DNA from: an uncultured Chitinophagaceae bacterium
GTDB taxonomy: Bacteria > Bacteroidota > Bacteroidia > NS11-12g > UBA9320
DNA: 64,000 bases
Direction of reading: 5' to 3'
Assembly (NCBI GenBank): GCA_964647785.1
Contig: CAZYJD010000004.1
Coordinates: 386 to 64,385, forward strand
Shown: positions 1 through 8,142 of the stretch, one piece after another
Numbering within the stretch: position 1 is the first letter of the stretch
Layout of the letters: every line of letters starts with the position of its first letter
The notes under the pieces: model-generated
Database searches by the model: none
What the model was told of the DNA's origin: nothing
What the model saw: only the letters and a program-made list of their open reading frames with translations
Program-made: the position numbers and the translations under genes

Positions 1-348
1 TCTGGTATTTAAGCTGTGTTGCAAAGAGGGCGAAATACCCTAGCGTCTTTTGTACTATGTGCGTAAGTCTCGTTTTGTGACTTTTTTTTTCATTTTTTTT
101 TTCGAGGCCTACGGGCTGCGGTAACATTTCCACCTCCCTTTCAATATGCCTCATCGTTTGAACCAAAATGAATCCCCTCATGTGCCCACAATTCGGGCGC
201 ATGCCCCTTCGAAATAATTTGTACCTTTCAACCTTTGTACGCCCATCCCATGCATGCACCGAATTCTCAAGCCATTGGAAGCCCCTTTCAAGCATGGCCC
301 GCAGACCGTTCAATGCACGGCCTTTTTGTGTAACATAAAAATGAGCAG

Positions 349-759
349 ATGAAACGAATACTTTTTCTCATAAGCCTGATACTTCTGGTCTTTTCAGGCT
401 TTTCTCAAAGCAGGTACATTTCTGAAACCACCAAGAAAATTGTGTACACCAGAGATCGAGGGGTGTGCAAATGCTGTGGAAGCGCCCAAAATCTGGAGTA
501 CGATCATATCACCCCCTACTCATGTGGGGGAAATGGCCAGGTCTCTAACATTCAACTCTTGTGTCAAAGATGCAACCGGAGTAAATCCAACAGTTGTGTT
601 TGTAAAATACACAACAGGGTGGTTGGAACCAATTGCTGCCAGGGACAAAGCAAGAAAAAAAGCACCTCACCGGCCACCCAATGCACCGGCACCACCCAAA
701 AAGGGGCGCGTTGCAAGAACAGAACTAAAAATGCCAGTGGCCGTTGCCACCTACACTAA
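349..759 (+). CDS. HNH endonuclease-domain protein with an N-terminal signal peptide and a Cys/Lys-rich C-terminal tail
   Basis: HNH motifs read CKCCGS...EYDHITPYSCGG...NIQLLCQRCNRSK. The N-terminus MKRILFLISLILLVFSGFSQ is hydrophobic and ends in S-Q, like other signal peptides in this window. The basic C-terminal tail contains CxxC/CxxH-like spacing. Confidence 0.6.
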   Translation: MKRILFLISLILLVFSGFSQSRYISETTKKIVYTRDRGVCKCCGSAQNLEYDHITPYSCGGNGQVSNIQLLCQRCNRSKSNSCVCKIHNRVVGTNCCQGQSKKKSTSPATQCTGTTQKGARCKNRTKNASGRCHLH

Positions 760-774
760 CCCAATAGCAAAACA

Positions 775-1017
775 ATGAGTACGATACTTTTCGCCATCGA
801 CAGCCATGCCCAGGAAGTAGTGGTATCTGCGTCTGCAAAAGGAAGCAAAGAAATCCTGTTCAAAGAACGCATCAGCATGCAGGAGCATGAATTGCTGTAT
901 CAGGCGGTGACTACCTTGACTTTGATTGCATCAGCAGAAGTTTTGGATGTGCGGCTGTATAAAGCGATGGACAAGGTTTGCCAGTCGATTTATGATGCCT
1001 ATTGCCAGTTGAGATAG
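775..1017 (+). CDS. hypothetical 80-aa protein, possibly co-transcribed with the HNH gene 15 nt upstream
   Basis: ATG-initiated ORF in the same orientation, 15 nt after the HNH stop; no recognisable motif. Confidence 0.3.
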   Translation: MSTILFAIDSHAQEVVVSASAKGSKEILFKERISMQEHELLYQAVTTLTLIASAEVLDVRLYKAMDKVCQSIYDAYCQLR

Positions 1018-1064
1018 GCGAACATTGAATAATCTTCAAACAATCATGCCTTGAATGGGGTTTA

Positions 1065-2495
1065 GTGAGCTTAGTACTTTTACTCATGACGCATGTTTCA
1101 CTTCCCTACCACCAGGTAGGCATTGGCCAAATTGGCTTTTACATTCCCCAATCGTATGTCGATATTCATGAACTGGCCCATGCCAGGGGCATTGTTCCGG
1201 AGAAACTCACCAAAGGGTTGGGCCTCAGGAACATGGCGGTTTGCACGGCAGAAGAAAGCATGGATGTACTCATTGCCAATGCGCTGGAAGATTTGTGGAG
1301 GCATGCGGCAAAGGCAGGCGAAGACATGGATGCCTTTCTGAAAACCGTAGACCGCATATACCTCGGCACCGAAAGCGCCATGGATGCGGCCAAGCCAACG
1401 GTTACCTATGCCCTCCATCGCCTGTCGACACGTCATGATTTTGATGCCTCGCACCTGGATGTGGTGGACCTCACCTTTGCTTGTGTGGGCGCAGTGGATG
1501 CCTTGCAAAATTGCATCGATTACGTGCGCCTGAACCCCGACCGAAAGTGCATCGTGCTGGCCGCAGATATTGCCAAATACGATTTGAACAGCGGTGGGGA
1601 ATATACCCAAGGGGCCGGCGCCATGGCCTGCTTGATTGAAACCAATCCATCCTTGATTGATTACGCCTCCACCCTCGGGGTGGACACCAAAGCCGATTTC
1701 GATTTTTACAAACCTTATTTGAAGTTCAGCAAAAACGGGCTTGCCGAAGAACTCACTTCCCTTTTGTCGCTTTCAGCAGAAGCCCGCGAAAAATTGAACG
1801 CTTGGCTGCAGCCGGGTGAATCGCCCAAGGATGGCAAAGGCAACGAAGGCGCCATTGGGGGCTTGCGAGATATCCCGGGTGATTATTTCCCTGTTCTAAG
1901 GAAAGAACCCGTTTACAATGGCGCTTACTCCAATGCCTGTTACCGCGATCGGATGGATGGGGCCTTGGGCAGGTTTTTGGATAAAAGCGGCGCCGATTTG
2001 CAGCAATTTGATGGCTGGGTATTTCACCTGCCGTTCTGCTATCAGGGCAGAAAAATAGCGGTGAACTTTTGGTACGATCGCATGCTGAAAGCACAGCCCG
2101 ATCTGTTGCAGCAAATGCCTGACCTAAGTGAAGCGCCCGAAACCGATTCAAAAGAATTTGGGCTTTGGTTGAAAGGCCTGTCAAAAACCGAGGCCTACCA
2201 AAACTTTGTGGAGGAGAAAATTGCCCCGGGTGAGTGGCTCTCGGCCGAGTTGGGCAATATGTACACCGCCTCCATTTTCTTTTCCCTCATGAGCTTTGTT
2301 GCACAGTCTGAGTCCGAATCGATGGAAATTCTTCAAATGGCGTACGGATCAGGATCGAAATCGAAAGTGATGGCCGCCCGTTGTACCGCCAAGGCCGAAC
2401 TGCGCCAAGCGCTGCGACAAAGGTTTCAAAAAGCGCTGGATGAGCGAGTGAAACTGAGCATTGAAGACTACGAGCGCATCCACAAGGCTTTCTAG
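1065..2495 (+). CDS. mvaS: hydroxymethylglutaryl-CoA synthase (mevalonate pathway); the true start is probably the ATG at 1086
   Basis: The N-terminal block VGIGQIGFYIPQSYVDIHELA matches the HMGS IGI(D/E)KI.FY.P..YVD..EL signature; the condensing-enzyme fold runs through ~470 aa. Confidence 0.7.
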   Translation: MSLVLLLMTHVSLPYHQVGIGQIGFYIPQSYVDIHELAHARGIVPEKLTKGLGLRNMAVCTAEESMDVLIANALEDLWRHAAKAGEDMDAFLKTVDRIYLGTESAMDAAKPTVTYALHRLSTRHDFDASHLDVVDLTFACVGAVDALQNCIDYVRLNPDRKCIVLAADIAKYDLNSGGEYTQGAGAMACLIETNPSLIDYASTLGVDTKADFDFYKPYLKFSKNGLAEELTSLLSLSAEAREKLNAWLQPGESPKDGKGNEGAIGGLRDIPGDYFPVLRKEPVYNGAYSNACYRDRMDGALGRFLDKSGADLQQFDGWVFHLPFCYQGRKIAVNFWYDRMLKAQPDLLQQMPDLSEAPETDSKEFGLWLKGLSKTEAYQNFVEEKIAPGEWLSAELGNMYTASIFFSLMSFVAQSESESMEILQMAYGSGSKSKVMAARCTAKAELRQALRQRFQKALDERVKLSIEDYERIHKAF

Positions 2496-2568
2496 CCGTC
2501 TTATCTTTTTGCATTCGCAAGTGGTGCCTGTTTCGTGGCATTGCTTTTGCCTATGTTTGCAAGTGCGC

Positions 2569-5500
2569 ATGATGAGAATTCTGTTACTGCTGCCCTGGCT
2601 TGCTTTGCTTCAGGCATTTCAGCTTTATGGCCAATCGTCTTCTCCGGTTTATCAAATGAACATTCCGGCCGAATGGCCGCAATCCCTCGCCGCTTCTGCC
2701 AACATCACCCAAGCCTTGTTTGAACAATTGGCGGATGACATTGTGGACAAAGCCAAATCGGCCGATGTGCTTGGCGAAGGAGAAGGCCATATCGTCATTC
2801 CCCGCTCATCGGCAGAACTGCTCAACGGCCCATCGCGAATTACGGAGGTGGCCTTTAGCAATGCCGGCGCCTATTTCATGGTGCAGGCTTCTTTCCCCAA
2901 TAAACGCGATGCTTTTTGTTACTTGTTCAATACCAATAGCGGTGCTTGTGAGCAGGTGTTGAAGGACGTGCGACAGTGGGCCTTCAGCAACGATGACCGC
3001 TTTTTGCTGGTTACGCATGCCCACAAATGGTCGGTGTACCAATTGCCCGATGGCCGCGAAATTTTTAGAAGGCCCTACGCCCAGGAATATTACAGCAATG
3101 GCTATGTGGATCAACAAATCATTCCCTTGGGAAACGAGCGCTTCCTCATCAGAGAGTCGAACGACGAAATGGGGAACCATGCCTACCTCTATAACTTGCA
3201 ACAAAATGCCATTCAGCACCATTTTGATTTTGGGGAAGAACGCCCCCACAACATCATGCTGAAAGGTCCTTATTTGGCGCTGACCACCACAGAAAATATT
3301 GCCAGGGATGGCCGTTTGCTTTTGTATGACCTGGACGAAAACAAAGAAAAAATCCATCTCAAAGAGGCCCTGTTCTTAGCTTGGGCACAGCATTCCGATA
3401 AGTTTTTGTTTCACGATCTCAAAAGCCGTGAGATTTTTGAATTCGATCTTGAAAAAAAGAAAAAAACCAAGCGCATTGAGGCGCAATACGTTGGCAAGGT
3501 GTCGTACCTCCACAATGATTCCATGATTTTGGTCGACCCCCAAGCGTATTCATTCGATGAGGGGAGAATCAAAATTTACGATGCCCAAAATGGCAAACGC
3601 CTGCGCGAAATAGCGGGTTCATCTTCCGAATTTGTGGAGCTGCATGCCGAGTATTTTGTGATAAAACGTTTTTCTGCCGGCGAGTATGTGCCTGCATTGC
3701 TGCGAACGCAAGACTTCAAGGAGGTGATGGCCATGGAAAGAAAAGACAAGATGCACCTAAGCAAAAGCGGTCGCTACCTCACCCTGGAGCAGGACAAGAG
3801 CAATTTGTATAGCTACAACCGCTTTTCCATCATCGATCTCAAAACCTCCAGGCAGCTGCTGAAGTTCAGCGACAGGATTGTGCCCCATGCCTTTGAAGAA
3901 GAAAAGGGCATCATCATTCACATCCGCGATGGGGTGCTGCATTTTTATCGGCCGGGCGAACAAGAGGCTGCCCTCATGCTGGCCGTGAATGATGAAGGCT
4001 GGCTGTGTTTCGATCGGGCTGGTCGTTACGATTGTTCGCGCTCCTTTGCCGATCGCATCTACTTCAGTTGCACGGCTTATGATTACAACAGCCAGGCTTG
4101 GCCGGTTTCGCGCTACAACCGGCAAATGCACCAAGCGGCCTTGTGGGAGAAAGTTTGGCATCCGCAGGGCAAAGCGCTGAACGCCCCTGAAATGAAAGCT
4201 TGCCAGCACCGGGAGATCACCTCCATGGGCACCCATCTTAGCAAAAGCGACGATCTCTTCCTTTGGGCATCGCTAGAGCAGCACGAAATGGCTTCGGTAA
4301 ACTTTGTGGTTGATTCGGAAGAAGGCATCATCGATTTTGGCAACTTTTCAGGCAAACCGGTTACGGTGCACAAATCGGAGATCTTGTTTCAATGCGATGT
4401 GTGGAATGAAAGCAACAGTGCCTTGCTGTTTTCTTATTATGCCGATCATTTCGGCGGCTATCTGGCTTTGGCCCCCGATGGCTATTTTTCGCAATCGGCC
4501 AATTTCAAGGGCCGTGTGGCTTTATCCATCGAAGGGGAAATTTACGATATGCTGCAGCTGTTCGACCGCTTTTACCGGCCCGATATCATCGAGGGGATGT
4601 TGGTGAATACAGAATTTTCCAACCGACCCAAGAACAACATCACAAGGGGGGTGCAAACGCCGCCTCGGATCGAATTGCTTTTACTGGACAACGGAAACGA
4701 TAGAGGAGCCAAAGTGGGTGCATTGAAAGGCAATGGCCCCCTTGCCCTGCAACTGAAGGCCCTCAATGAAGGGGGCGGAATCAAAGCTTTGCGCTTGCAG
4801 AACAACGGCAAATTGATCTGGGAGTTTACCGCTTCCGATGAAGATGCCGACAGCCTTGTACACAGCTTAACCATCGCCCCACTCCCGGGCAAAAACTACC
4901 TGGAACTCATTGGCTTGAGCAGCGATGGCACCGAATCGAAGCCCATCCACCTCATTTATGAAAACGCGGGACAGGAGGCATTGCGCAAACCCGCACTTCA
5001 CGTCCTTTCCATAGGCATCAATGCGTACCAGAACAAAAATTATCAGCTGCAATACTGCGTAAACGACATGCGCGAATTCACCGATTCCCTTGCCGCCATT
5101 TCAGCGGCATTGTTCGAAAAAGTGGAGGTGAAAAGCCTGGAGGATGCAGACGCCACCCGCGAGAACATTTTGGCGGCGCTGGATGAAATTAGCCAAGCAG
5201 CCCGTCCGGAGGATGTGTTCGTGTTCTACTTTGCCGGTCATGGCATTGCCCTCGAAAAAAACCTTGGCAGCGAGTTTTACTTCATTGCCCACGAAGTAAC
5301 CCAAATGACCGATCCGGAAAATTGTGCATTGCATGGCATTTCGGGTGTGGAGTTGCAGGAAAAGTTGCGATCCATCCCCGCCACCAAACAGATTTCTTTC
5401 ATCGATGCGTGCAACTCCGGCGCACTGGCAGCGCAGTTTTCCTTACGGGGACCCAAAATCGAAAAAAGCATTGCCCAATTATCGCGCTCAACAGGATCGG

Positions 5501-5760
5501 CGGTTTACGCTTCCACCACCTCTGAGCAATATGCGGCTGAATACAAAGAGATTGGCCACGGCGTGTTCACCTATGTGCTGCTCGATGCACTCAGCGGTGC
5601 AACTTCATCGCAAAATTGCGAGGTGACAGCAGCCGGCCTCAAGCAACACATCGACGGCAGAATCCCCGAATTGATTGAACAGCTCAAAGGCAATCGGCAG
5701 TACCCCATCACCTTCCTTTTCGGACAGGATTTTCCCATTGGCCTGCGCTGCCGGGAATGA
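2569..5760 (+). CDS. secreted caspase-family (peptidase C14) protein with a large uncharacterised N-terminal region
   Basis: The signal peptide MMRILLLLPWLALLQAFQLYGQ starts at 2569; the ORF track starts it at 2461, which would overlap mvaS. The C-terminal ~260 aa carry a caspase His/Cys dyad in the blocks VFVFYFAGHGIAL and ISFIDACNSGAL. Confidence 0.65.
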   Translation: MMRILLLLPWLALLQAFQLYGQSSSPVYQMNIPAEWPQSLAASANITQALFEQLADDIVDKAKSADVLGEGEGHIVIPRSSAELLNGPSRITEVAFSNAGAYFMVQASFPNKRDAFCYLFNTNSGACEQVLKDVRQWAFSNDDRFLLVTHAHKWSVYQLPDGREIFRRPYAQEYYSNGYVDQQIIPLGNERFLIRESNDEMGNHAYLYNLQQNAIQHHFDFGEERPHNIMLKGPYLALTTTENIARDGRLLLYDLDENKEKIHLKEALFLAWAQHSDKFLFHDLKSREIFEFDLEKKKKTKRIEAQYVGKVSYLHNDSMILVDPQAYSFDEGRIKIYDAQNGKRLREIAGSSSEFVELHAEYFVIKRFSAGEYVPALLRTQDFKEVMAMERKDKMHLSKSGRYLTLEQDKSNLYSYNRFSIIDLKTSRQLLKFSDRIVPHAFEEEKGIIIHIRDGVLHFYRPGEQEAALMLAVNDEGWLCFDRAGRYDCSRSFADRIYFSCTAYDYNSQAWPVSRYNRQMHQAALWEKVWHPQGKALNAPEMKACQHREITSMGTHLSKSDDLFLWASLEQHEMASVNFVVDSEEGIIDFGNFSGKPVTVHKSEILFQCDVWNESNSALLFSYYADHFGGYLALAPDGYFSQSANFKGRVALSIEGEIYDMLQLFDRFYRPDIIEGMLVNTEFSNRPKNNITRGVQTPPRIELLLLDNGNDRGAKVGALKGNGPLALQLKALNEGGGIKALRLQNNGKLIWEFTASDEDADSLVHSLTIAPLPGKNYLELIGLSSDGTESKPIHLIYENAGQEALRKPALHVLSIGINAYQNKNYQLQYCVNDMREFTDSLAAISAALFEKVEVKSLEDADATRENILAALDEISQAARPEDVFVFYFAGHGIALEKNLGSEFYFIAHEVTQMTDPENCALHGISGVELQEKLRSIPATKQISFIDACNSGALAAQFSLRGPKIEKSIAQLSRSTGSAVYASTTSEQYAAEYKEIGHGVFTYVLLDALSGATSSQNCEVTAAGLKQHIDGRIPELIEQLKGNRQYPITFLFGQDFPIGLRCRE

Positions 5761-5767
5761 TTCTGCA

Positions 5768-5802
5768 AAAAAAAAGGGAACCCAATCAGTCCCCCTTTTT
5801 AT
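5768..5802. terminator. putative bidirectional intrinsic terminator between convergent genes
   Basis: The sequence aaaaaggg-aacccaatcagtcc-cccttttt forms a hairpin flanked by A/T runs on both strands. It lies between the caspase gene stop (5760) and the M2 peptidase stop (5802). Confidence 0.4.
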
Positions 5803-7616
5803 TAAGCTTTTTCAGCCAAGGTGTGCACCCGGCCTTCATTTTCTTTCTTGAGCCACTCCATGAGCGGGGAGAAATAATCCACCATTGCTTTGGCGCTCAT
5901 TTCGGTGTTGAGGTGTTTCTTCAGGTGATCGCGCCAGTCGCAATTGGCGCCGTCTTTCATCAGCGCTTGGAGAAAAGCGCCTGTTTCCTTGCTGCCGTAG
6001 TAATTGGTGGCATGCGGGTCTTGTTTCAGGATGTTTTTGGCGATGTGATCGTGAAACTGAAACAGCAGCACATTGCTTAGTGCGTAATCGTAGTATTGTG
6101 CAGCATCGTTGTTGATGTGGGTCTTGGAGGCGGCATCACAGAATTCTTCTCCGCGTTCGATGGGGGGCACAATGCCTTGGTATTTTTTCTTCAACTCCCA
6201 CCAGCGCGCGTTGAAAGCCCCTTGGTCCAGTCCACCGGCATACAAATCGTATTCAAACTCGGTCATCACACCGGCGCCCCAAGGAATGAGCACAATGTAA
6301 TCGAGGGCTTCTTTTAACATCAATTGGGTTTGGTCGAGCTCGGTGCCTTTGGGCATCAACCCAACGTGTTCGAGGAAAGGCTGCTGCATGCTGGCCATGC
6401 CAATGAGGGTGCCCATGGCTTCGTGATAAGCGCGGTTGGCTCCTCCGCGAAGAATGATGGGAACACTGTCGTTGGTGTAGGTCATGTAGTAATAGATATG
6501 CCCGAGTTCGTGCAGCACCGTGCCCCACCAACGCGTGTTGGGTTCCACACTCATGAGGGAGCGCACATCTTGGCCGTTGTCCATGTGCCATGCGCTGGCG
6601 TGGTTGTTTTTCTTGTAGGGCGCATTGGCCGGCAAGGGGTACAAACTGCTTTTTTCATAGAAACTGGCAGGCAATGCTGGAAAGCCCAGACTCATCCAGA
6701 ATTTCTCCCCTTCTTTCACCACCCATTCGGCATCGTATTGGGCGAGGGAAGCATCGAGGTTGAACCCTTCGGCCTCCACCATGGCGCTCCATTCTTGTCC
6801 CCAGCGGTTGGGAAGCCAATGTGCGGGCAGATATTCCGGCACTTCCTGGCCGTATTTTTCAGCCAGTTCATAGCGTGCCCAGGTGTGAAGCTCGCGGTAG
6901 AGTGGCCACACATCTTGAATCATTTGGCGGGTAACCTGCATCATTTCATCAGAAGAATAGCCGTAATCGCTCACCTGATAGGCGAAGTAATCTTTGTAAT
7001 CCAGCGCTTGTACGCTTTCGTTGCGCAGTTTTCTAAGCTCTGCCAAACCGCCTTTGAGCACCTTGCCCACGTCTTTGCTGGCTTCCCAGGCCTTGAGTCT
7101 CACTGCCAGATCGCTGCTGTTTTCGAGCAGTGAATCGATTTGGTTGGGGCTTACGCTTTGGCCATCCATTTGAAAGTCGAAGCCAAACAAGGCTTTGGTT
7201 TGGCTGTTCTCGGCCTTGATTTTTGCTTTGACGATATCGGCTACCGTTTGGGGGCTTCCGCCTGCGTTGTAAAGGATGGCTCTGAGTTGGCGCAACTGTA
7301 CTTCACTGAGTTTGTCGCTGTGTTGCAGAAAATAGCGCGCTTTTTCAATGTTCTCGGCACTGCCGGTAAAGGCCACCATGGCTTCTTCGGCTTGTTGGGC
7401 TTCTTGCTCGGTGAGCGTATCGCCTTCGAGGATGTAGGTGTTCAGTTTCCACTGGGCTTCTGCGGCCGGAATGAGCAGTTGTTGGTACGCTTCATTGTAG
7501 GCTTGTAGAAAGGTATCGGCTTCTGCCGCAATGTTGTTCTCCGCCTCTTTCTTGGGCGTGCAGGCAGTATTTCCAATCAAGAAAGTTGCCAGCAACAAGT
7601 AAATGGTCTTTTTCAT
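5802..7616 (-). CDS. M2-family peptidyl-dipeptidase A (angiotensin-converting-enzyme-like) lipoprotein
   Basis: The block HELGHIYYY...RGGANRAYHEAMG matches ACE HEMGHIQYY...RRGANPGFHEAIG. The N-terminus MKKTIYLLLATFLIGNTAC is a lipoprotein signal. Confidence 0.75.
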   Translation of the reverse strand: MKKTIYLLLATFLIGNTACTPKKEAENNIAAEADTFLQAYNEAYQQLLIPAAEAQWKLNTYILEGDTLTEQEAQQAEEAMVAFTGSAENIEKARYFLQHSDKLSEVQLRQLRAILYNAGGSPQTVADIVKAKIKAENSQTKALFGFDFQMDGQSVSPNQIDSLLENSSDLAVRLKAWEASKDVGKVLKGGLAELRKLRNESVQALDYKDYFAYQVSDYGYSSDEMMQVTRQMIQDVWPLYRELHTWARYELAEKYGQEVPEYLPAHWLPNRWGQEWSAMVEAEGFNLDASLAQYDAEWVVKEGEKFWMSLGFPALPASFYEKSSLYPLPANAPYKKNNHASAWHMDNGQDVRSLMSVEPNTRWWGTVLHELGHIYYYMTYTNDSVPIILRGGANRAYHEAMGTLIGMASMQQPFLEHVGLMPKGTELDQTQLMLKEALDYIVLIPWGAGVMTEFEYDLYAGGLDQGAFNARWWELKKKYQGIVPPIERGEEFCDAASKTHINNDAAQYYDYALSNVLLFQFHDHIAKNILKQDPHATNYYGSKETGAFLQALMKDGANCDWRDHLKKHLNTEMSAKAMVDYFSPLMEWLKKENEGRVHTLAEKA

Positions 7617-7701
7617 GGAGCGAATATATTGCTCATCGCATGAATAAGCTTACTTGAGAAAAAAGGGAAAGCCGAAATACATGCGCTGGTTGGACGACCA
7701 G

Positions 7702-8142
7702 CTAAAATACGAAAGGAATCATGCGCCAAGTGCGTTTCTGGTAGTCGTTGTAACCTTCGAACACATCGGCCAGCAATTGCTCTTCCCTGAATATTTTCAT
7801 CAGCAATACCACCAGCAGCAAAGTGTAAACCAACGATCGGGCAAGGCTGAATTGATCGGCCAGTTGGGCGGCGTAAAAGAGCAAGAGCGATAAATACATG
7901 GGGTTGCGCAGCCAGCGGTAGGGGCCAGAGGTTACAAATTCTGCACTTTCTTTGGGTTCGGGGAAAATGCTCACATTGGGCAAACGCATGGCCAACAAGG
8001 CCCAGGCACCCAATACAAGCGCCGCGATTTGCACCGCCAGTAAATAGGGGGTTGCGGCGAAAATATTGCCATTCAGCAGCAGCCATGCCATGCTGAAGAA
8101 TTGCAGATACACCAATATTTGGCTGTGTATTTTTAAGTTCAT
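7702..8142 (-). CDS. ICMT/phospholipid-methyltransferase-family membrane methyltransferase
   Basis: Contains GPYRWLRNPMYL and multiple TM helices, typical of the isoprenylcysteine carboxyl methyltransferase family. The ATG at 8142 overlaps the upstream gene's stop (ATGA). Confidence 0.6.
   Translation of the reverse strand: MNLKIHSQILVYLQFFSMAWLLLNGNIFAATPYLLAVQIAALVLGAWALLAMRLPNVSIFPEPKESAEFVTSGPYRWLRNPMYLSLLLFYAAQLADQFSLARSLVYTLLLVVLLMKIFREEQLLADVFEGYNDYQKRTWRMIPFVF

Noticed and set aside
1-348. Two T10-11 homopolymer runs and a 'cacctccc' string near 150; considered a possible rRNA or tRNA 3' end or a mobile-element terminus.
   Set aside because: No rRNA or tRNA consensus (no anti-SD GATCACCTCCTT context, no T-loop GTTCGA motif or acceptor-stem pairing) and no inverted or direct repeats typical of IS ends. 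Most likely an A/T-rich promoter or intergenic region. Truncation at the window edge prevents further assessment.
440-778. 112-aa ORF in an alternative + frame overlapping the HNH gene.
   Set aside because: The in-frame HNH motifs (CxxC, DH, N, CN) are only in the 349..759 frame; the alternate frame encodes Pro/Ala/Lys-rich low complexity.
2461-2568. ORF-track start of the caspase gene at 2461, which overlaps the end of mvaS.
   Set aside because: The first 36 codons are non-hydrophobic and overlap mvaS. A canonical signal peptide (MMRILLLLPWLALLQA) begins at the ATG at 2569, which is the likely true start.
6324-7133. 269-aa + strand ORF, plus other long antisense ORFs (12081..12998 +, 15590..16291 +, 16683..17450 +, 47538..48101 +, 51329..52144 -, 54067..54621 -, 55514..56095 -, 46137..46721 -).
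   Set aside because: Each lies entirely within, and antisense to, a CDS with strong family-level motif support (M2 peptidase, purQ/AlbA_2, ABC permease and ATPase, C25-like, M1 peptidase, PhoH-like, exonuclease fusion, histidine kinase). Their compositions are low-complexity (His/Gly/Ala-rich) as expected of shadow ORFs.
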